A stretch of 64,000 nt of DNA from Macrostomum hystrix. Its lineage: Eukaryota; Animalia; Platyhelminthes. The stretch spans positions 32,922,001 to 32,986,000 of the forward strand of contig CATNEN010000038.1 of NCBI GenBank assembly GCA_950097015.1. Direction: 5' to 3'. The translations under genes and the position numbers were made by a program. The notes under the pieces were generated by a model that searched no databases, had not been told where the DNA came from, and saw nothing but the letters and a program-made list of their open reading frames with translations. This document shows, piece by piece, positions 59,563 through 64,000 of the stretch (within the stretch, counting starts at the first letter, position 1; each line of letters starts with the position of its first letter).

Positions 59563-60200
59563 TGAGTCTGTGCTCAGGATTCAGCGGAATGGGCAGAATC
59601 GTCTACTCTCTGGTGCCTACAGCCCTCCTGCAAGTAATTGTGTTAGCAGCAATCAAGTTACTTTTAATGTCTTGGAACTCCCCAGAATATAAACACAACA
59701 GCGCGAGACATTGTCGGACATGTACATTTTGTGCACTTTTTTAGCTTGACGACAATATGACAGCCAAGATAAGCCTTGCCAGCTGTCGCTTTCCGGTTGG
59801 TCCCGGCGCCCAACGCAGCAGCGGCTCAATTCACGAGCGCCAGCCGGCCTGGCTAGCCCCAGAAGCTCTGGCCAATCCGGTGGGTTCTTTTAACTCGGGC
59901 GCAGCCCACATGTGGAGCTTCGGTGTGTTGCTATGGGAACTGGGCACGCGGCTGGTGCCCTTCGCCAACTTGCTGCCCATGGAAATTGGCCTGCTCATTG
60001 CCACCAGGGGCTTGCGGCTGCCAGCGTACGCTTTGACGCTGCAGCAGGAGGCTGGTATGTCGTCGGCTATGGCCGGATGGATGGCTCGTTTATTTGCCAT
60101 GGCAACTAATGAGTTGCCGGGCGCGAGGCCGCGATTTCAAGCGCTTCTGCCAATCCTAGGAAAAATAGTGACGGCTGCTGAGAGAAGCACCACGGCTTAA
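57263..60200 (+). CDS. ILK: Integrin-linked kinase-like protein (ankyrin repeats + pseudokinase), 4 exons: 57263-57769, 58031-58616, 58889-59010, 59745-60200; ~556 aa
   Basis: MDEIVSWVRAGDAIRVRQWLDD..DDHRFSLLHWA, DTPLHAAASHGH, NEHGNTPLHYACF, GSLYHLLH, ALDVANGM, LNSKSVV|LDDNMTAKISL, PAWLAPEAL, MWSFGVLLWELGTRLVPF..L.PMEIG all match ILK architecture; phases consistent. Confidence 0.92.
58640..58830 (-). mobile_element. Diverged CORE-like SINE (family A) in ILK intron 2
   Basis: CAGTCCGTGGACTGGGG, GACTGAAGCA, TTAAGTATCTTG and GGAGTCGAACTCCCG match the family. Confidence 0.7.
59391..59455 (-). repeat. Interstitial telomere-type (TTAGGG)n tract
   Basis: (CCCTAA)n with degenerate flanks in ILK intron 3. 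Confidence 0.85.
59527..59640 (+). repeat. (TG)n microsatellite fused to a SINE family B 3' fragment
   Basis: About 17 TG units, then GTGCTCAGGATTCAGCGGAATGGGCAGAAT...TGCCTACAGCCCTCCTGCAA. Confidence 0.8.
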
Positions 60201-60652
60201 CTGACTGGAATTGATAAAACTATTTTTCACTCGTAACCTACTGGCAGTAAGGTATTCGAAAAACTCGCGCCCTATTTTGCAAAAAAATTATTTTCTTCCT
60301 GCAATGAAATCTAGCTTCAAATTAAATTAAGCTACTATAGTGACTGTAAATCTAGTTACTGGTGCTTATATAGTAATTCATTTACTTCGTTGTTTAAACA
60401 GACAATCCAATTTAATTAAAATTTACAATATGTTTTCTTATAATCGCACCCAGTAAATTTTTCCGGTAAGGAATTGATCTGAATTTTTTTCGATTCAATT
60501 TAGTCATTTGACAAACACTTTTATTACTTAGCGGTGAAAATGAATTTTTCTTTATTACCTTTTCTTTCTGGCAATTTCTGGCAGAACAAAATTTTCTGGC
60601 CTTGATCAGATTCAGATTTTATGTGCCACTTAAAACCCACTTTATATTCAAT

Positions 60653-61932
60653 TATTATTATTATTATTATTATTAAAACGCGCACGCCATCTATGGGTGC
60701 TGATTTTTTTATATATATATTTTTTAACAACACATTTAAATGAACAACGAAAAGCAACATAAAAAGCGAAGTTAAGTAGGAATCAAATATCGAGCTGGGA
60801 AGGGAAAGCAAAGGTATTAAAAATAAGAGCAGTAAAAACACAAGGGACGCCAGGGATAAAACAAATTATGAAATATCTATTGTTGAATGCTAGTAAAATC
60901 TCGTAGTCTCAGGGCAGCTGTTCCCTTATTTTAGATATTTCTATGATGTATTTTGCTAAAGCTTCAGCGGTTTCTCTATCGTCTTGAGCCATTATGTAGT
61001 TAGATTTTTCTTCTGCTGTTAAGGATATGAAATTGGGGGTTTTCCCAGAAACTTCCGTCTCAAATTTCGAACGTACTGCGCTATACTTATTCCAAGTGCA
61101 CTTAAAAAGGAAGTGGACCTCGTTTTCAACTTCTGTTTTGCACTTACTACATAATCTATTTGCATACGGAATTTTCGGTCTCGCAGTTCGCAATGTTTCG
61201 CAAGCTAGCTTATGGTTTCCTAGTCTAAACGAGGCTATGGTACGTCTCCACTCCGGGTTGTATATTTGTTGTAAATATTTTTCGGCTGAATAATATTGCT
61301 TAAAGGAGTAATAGAAGTGACTTAGCTTGCTTGAGTTCTGTGTCCTTTGTCTCCAATGGGTATCGAACTGAGAAACGAAATTTTTCCTGTGGTTTCCAAT
61401 TGCTTTTGCAGGACTAATGCCTCTGCAGTTCAGCATAACCTCATTGTTGGTCTTTGCTTTGATTCCAACATCACTGTATGTTTGGTCCGCCAATAACTTG
61501 GAAATTATGGAGTCCGGCCGGCTTGTTATGGAGGCCCAGTACGAAATGCTTCTTTTCTGGATGTTGTATAATAAAGGCAATCTGCCTAACTCCGAGCGGG
61601 CCCCGTTGCCATCCGTATTTTGGCTGACTTGTAGTATGGCTTTACAGCACCTGATGTTTACTCTTTCAAAAAGACAGCGGTCCCAAGGACCCAGGTTCCA
61701 CGAGACAAAAGCCCCCCAGGCCTCAGAGGCGTACAGAGCTATGCTTTCTATCATTGCTGTGCAGTACAGCATGAGCTGATTGTATCTGACCGCCCCATGG
61801 CTGGCTAATTTCCTTAAGAGAAGAATAGGATATCCACATTTTTTGTTAATCTCTGTGGCATGGGAATCCACGGTTCCTTTAGCATTGATGTGAAAGCCAA
61901 GATATTTCCATTCTTTGACGCTATCTAACAGT
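60653..61932 (-). mobile_element. 5'-truncated non-LTR retrotransposon (RTE-X/Daphne-like ORF2 C-terminus) with (TAA)n tail and 8-bp TSD
   Basis: Open frame from ~61929 (LDSVKEWKYLG, end of RT) to stop 60909, with ARSELGRLPL, FRLGNHKLACET and CSKC...ENEVHFLFKC. (TAA)n tail ~60653-60675. TATTCAAT at 60645-60652 and 61933-61940. Confidence 0.88.
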
Positions 61933-62519
61933 TATTCAATAAGAACCGTTTTTTCACCTTTATAAGTGAGTCAATTTAGGGAGAAAGTCTACTCGGCAAT
62001 AACCTCATCAAAAGTGCACAGATTTGTTTAAACGCACATACATATTTACCCCTATCTATAGCATGCTCTCTTGTGATTTTCATGTTAATCTATACTTTTT
62101 ATTCATACAACAAAAATATAATTTTATTTTATCATTCATTGGTTCTTACGCTTTATCTAACTTAATCGTTTGACGACGAACCAATTCAGGTCGGATAATA
62201 AGAGTTTGTTTATTTAAGAATCGATAACGTTTTATTTTAGCAAGATCTCGAGTTCGAATCTGGGGCGAGGCCACGTTCATTGCAAACAACAAGTGTCGTT
62301 TTGTAGTCCTTGTGGAAAAATTGTCTCGTTATGCAATACATTTAAGTTCCCATTGTTTTTATAGTTTGGCCATCTGTAGAATGCAAACCGCATCGAATTC
62401 CCAGTCCATGGACAGAACTGCTGTACACTCAAAGCTAATAAATGTGTAATTTCTATCTATCTAGTTTATCTCGTACTATCAACTGTAAATGATAAAGCGA
62501 TTCGATAATGGGAGCAAAA

Positions 62520-62820
62520 AAATAATATATTACACCAGCCCCCATAGGGACAGATGTGCAGCCGACAGCACAGCCGCAGTTATCGCGCGGCGCATCTGAA
62601 GGCTGCGTACGGCTGTTCAGTCCATGGACTGGGGGGACGCCACCCCAACCCTCAATTACTCCAGCTAATACTGGTACCCATTTAACAGCTTGGTTAAAGA
62701 ACTGAAGCAATGCAGAGTTAAGTGTCTTGCTAAAGGACACAAATAGATCCAGTGGAGTCGGGAATCGAACCCCCGATTCGTGAGTCGTTGGTCCGACGCT
62801 CTAACCGCTAGGCTACAACC
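62520..62820 (-). mobile_element. tRNA-derived CORE-like SINE (family A), most complete copy
   Basis: Minus strand: A box TAGCCTAGCGG, B box GGTTCGATTCC, then TCCTTTAGCAAGACACTTAACTCTGC...CTGTTAAATGGGTACC resembling the MIR/CORE domain. Confidence 0.85.
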
Positions 62821-62841
62821 CCTCCAATGGAGGCAACCTAG

Positions 62842-63570
62842 CTACAAGACAGAGCACACTGTTCCTCTCAGAGCGGCCTGCATCCTAGCTGCTGTGCCTC
62901 TGTTGATTGACTCGCGCAGTTCCATCATGCGGAATAGTTCGCGAAAGGCGTTCCACACGCGCCAGTTGTACCTGGCCGAGCATTCAGCATAGTTACACTT
63001 CCACTTCTTGCGGACAATGTAGCCCATGGAGGCTTTGTCGCTAAGGCCGGTGCCCGAGCTGCGCTGCGCCGAAGGATTATTGTCGAATACCAGGTCGGCT
63101 TTGTTGCCAAGCACAAGCAGCGGGGCAGACCATCCGCGCTCAAGCAGCTGAAAGCGCAGCTGATGCGCCTGTTGAAAGCTGGCTGGCTCGTTCAAATCAA
63201 ACATGAGCACAATGGCACTGGCTGTGGACAGACCGCAGCCCACGAGACAGCTCGAGAACTCCTCCAGTGAATTTCTTGGAAAATAATCAACTGGCGGACA
63301 ATCAACTAGGCGCGCGTTGAAGATGCGCTCGTTGACGAGGATCGTGTGATAATGCACAAATGGCCGCACTGTGGTCGCATAGGCCTCTGGGGCTGCATTG
63401 TCGAGAAACTGCCGCACAAGAGTGGTCTTGCCAACTCCGCGAGGTCCCAGTACCATGATGCTAATGGTTTGAACGGTTCGATCGACTGCTGCAGCAGCCG
63501 ATGGTACAGTCGCGGCTTCGGTCTGGTTTCCGCGAGTTGTGTAGTTTCCGAATTGCAGCGTTCGATGCAT
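62842..63570 (-). CDS. RASL10: Ras-like small GTPase, RASL10-like, single exon
   Basis: G1 GPRGVGKT, atypical G3 DCPPVDYFP, G4 NKAD, G5 ECSARYNW, C-terminal QAALRGTVCSVL (CAAX); the DxPP..FP and SAxYNW pattern is characteristic of RASL10. Confidence 0.88.
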   Translation of the reverse strand: MHRTLQFGNYTTRGNQTEAATVPSAAAAVDRTVQTISIMVLGPRGVGKTTLVRQFLDNAAPEAYATTVRPFVHYHTILVNERIFNARLVDCPPVDYFPRNSLEEFSSCLVGCGLSTASAIVLMFDLNEPASFQQAHQLRFQLLERGWSAPLLVLGNKADLVFDNNPSAQRSSGTGLSDKASMGYIVRKKWKCNYAECSARYNWRVWNAFRELFRMMELRESINRGTAARMQAALRGTVCSVL

Positions 63571-63754
63571 TTTTTAAGTTTCATTGCTATATTTTATTCG
63601 ATCATGAACGCTTAAGTACCTCTTAGCTTTTATGACCCCAGATACCGATCTAGTCAGCTAAAACTACGTGCGGCAATGAACTCAAAATAATGGCTTGAAT
63701 TAGAGTCCTCATTTTAAGTCTATAATTCGACCACAACCAATAGTATTTCACAAT

Positions 63755-63885
63755 AAATTGGGACGCAGCCACGGGGAGAAGGCTTGGCGGCTTGTCGCGC
63801 AATTTACGCCCTTGACGACCAACCTCCAAACCTCCAAAGCACAATGAACGTGTACACTGTCTGAAGATGAGAAAGTCGAAAGCAA
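63755..63885 (+). mobile_element. SINE family B internal fragment
   Basis: GCAGCCACGGGGAGAAGGCTTG...CAATTTACG...AACCTCCAAAGCACAATG...GTGTACACTG matches 54135-54250. Confidence 0.7.
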
Positions 63886-64000
63886 TCTTCTGACATTAAC
63901 AAACACATGCACGCTTTTCTTTGCAAGTCCGATGCGACTATCAATGCGAGTGTTTTATTTACTCCAATAGCAGCATATGTTTTTTTCCTTTTTTTTCTTT

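Overview
Eukaryotic (animal) genomic DNA with GT-AG introns, GC-rich exons and AT-rich introns packed with minisatellites. The style suggests a free-living flatworm such as Macrostomum (inference only). Bases 1-~25,000 are one 18/19-bp satellite array that appears to lie inside an intron of a guanylate kinase gene, whose last two exons follow it. Next come: a 5-exon TLC-domain gene (TLCD4/TMEM56-like, -); a deleted Tc1/mariner (maT-like) element with intact TIRs; an NPF/NPY-type GPCR (+); an 11-exon MIC60/mitofilin gene (-); a co-oriented SEM1/DSS1, SFT2, ILK-like cluster (+); a 5'-truncated LINE with a target-site duplication; and a RASL10-like GTPase (-). Two tRNA-derived SINE families and more than a dozen distinct tandem repeats are interspersed. 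Main leads: (1) the SFT2 exon has no in-frame start codon but opens in phase 0 right after a TTTTCAG acceptor, as expected if a flatworm spliced leader donates the AUG within an operon; (2) the >25-kb intronic satellite is built largely of TTTTCAG|TAA, an acceptor consensus followed by an in-frame stop; (3) several unrelated intronic minisatellites share a GGTGAGA donor-like core or short inverted repeats; (4) the ILK-like pseudokinase lacks the ATP-binding residues ILK normally keeps; (5) the transposase has D-38-D spacing. Gene models were spliced by hand with phase checks; no database searches were run.
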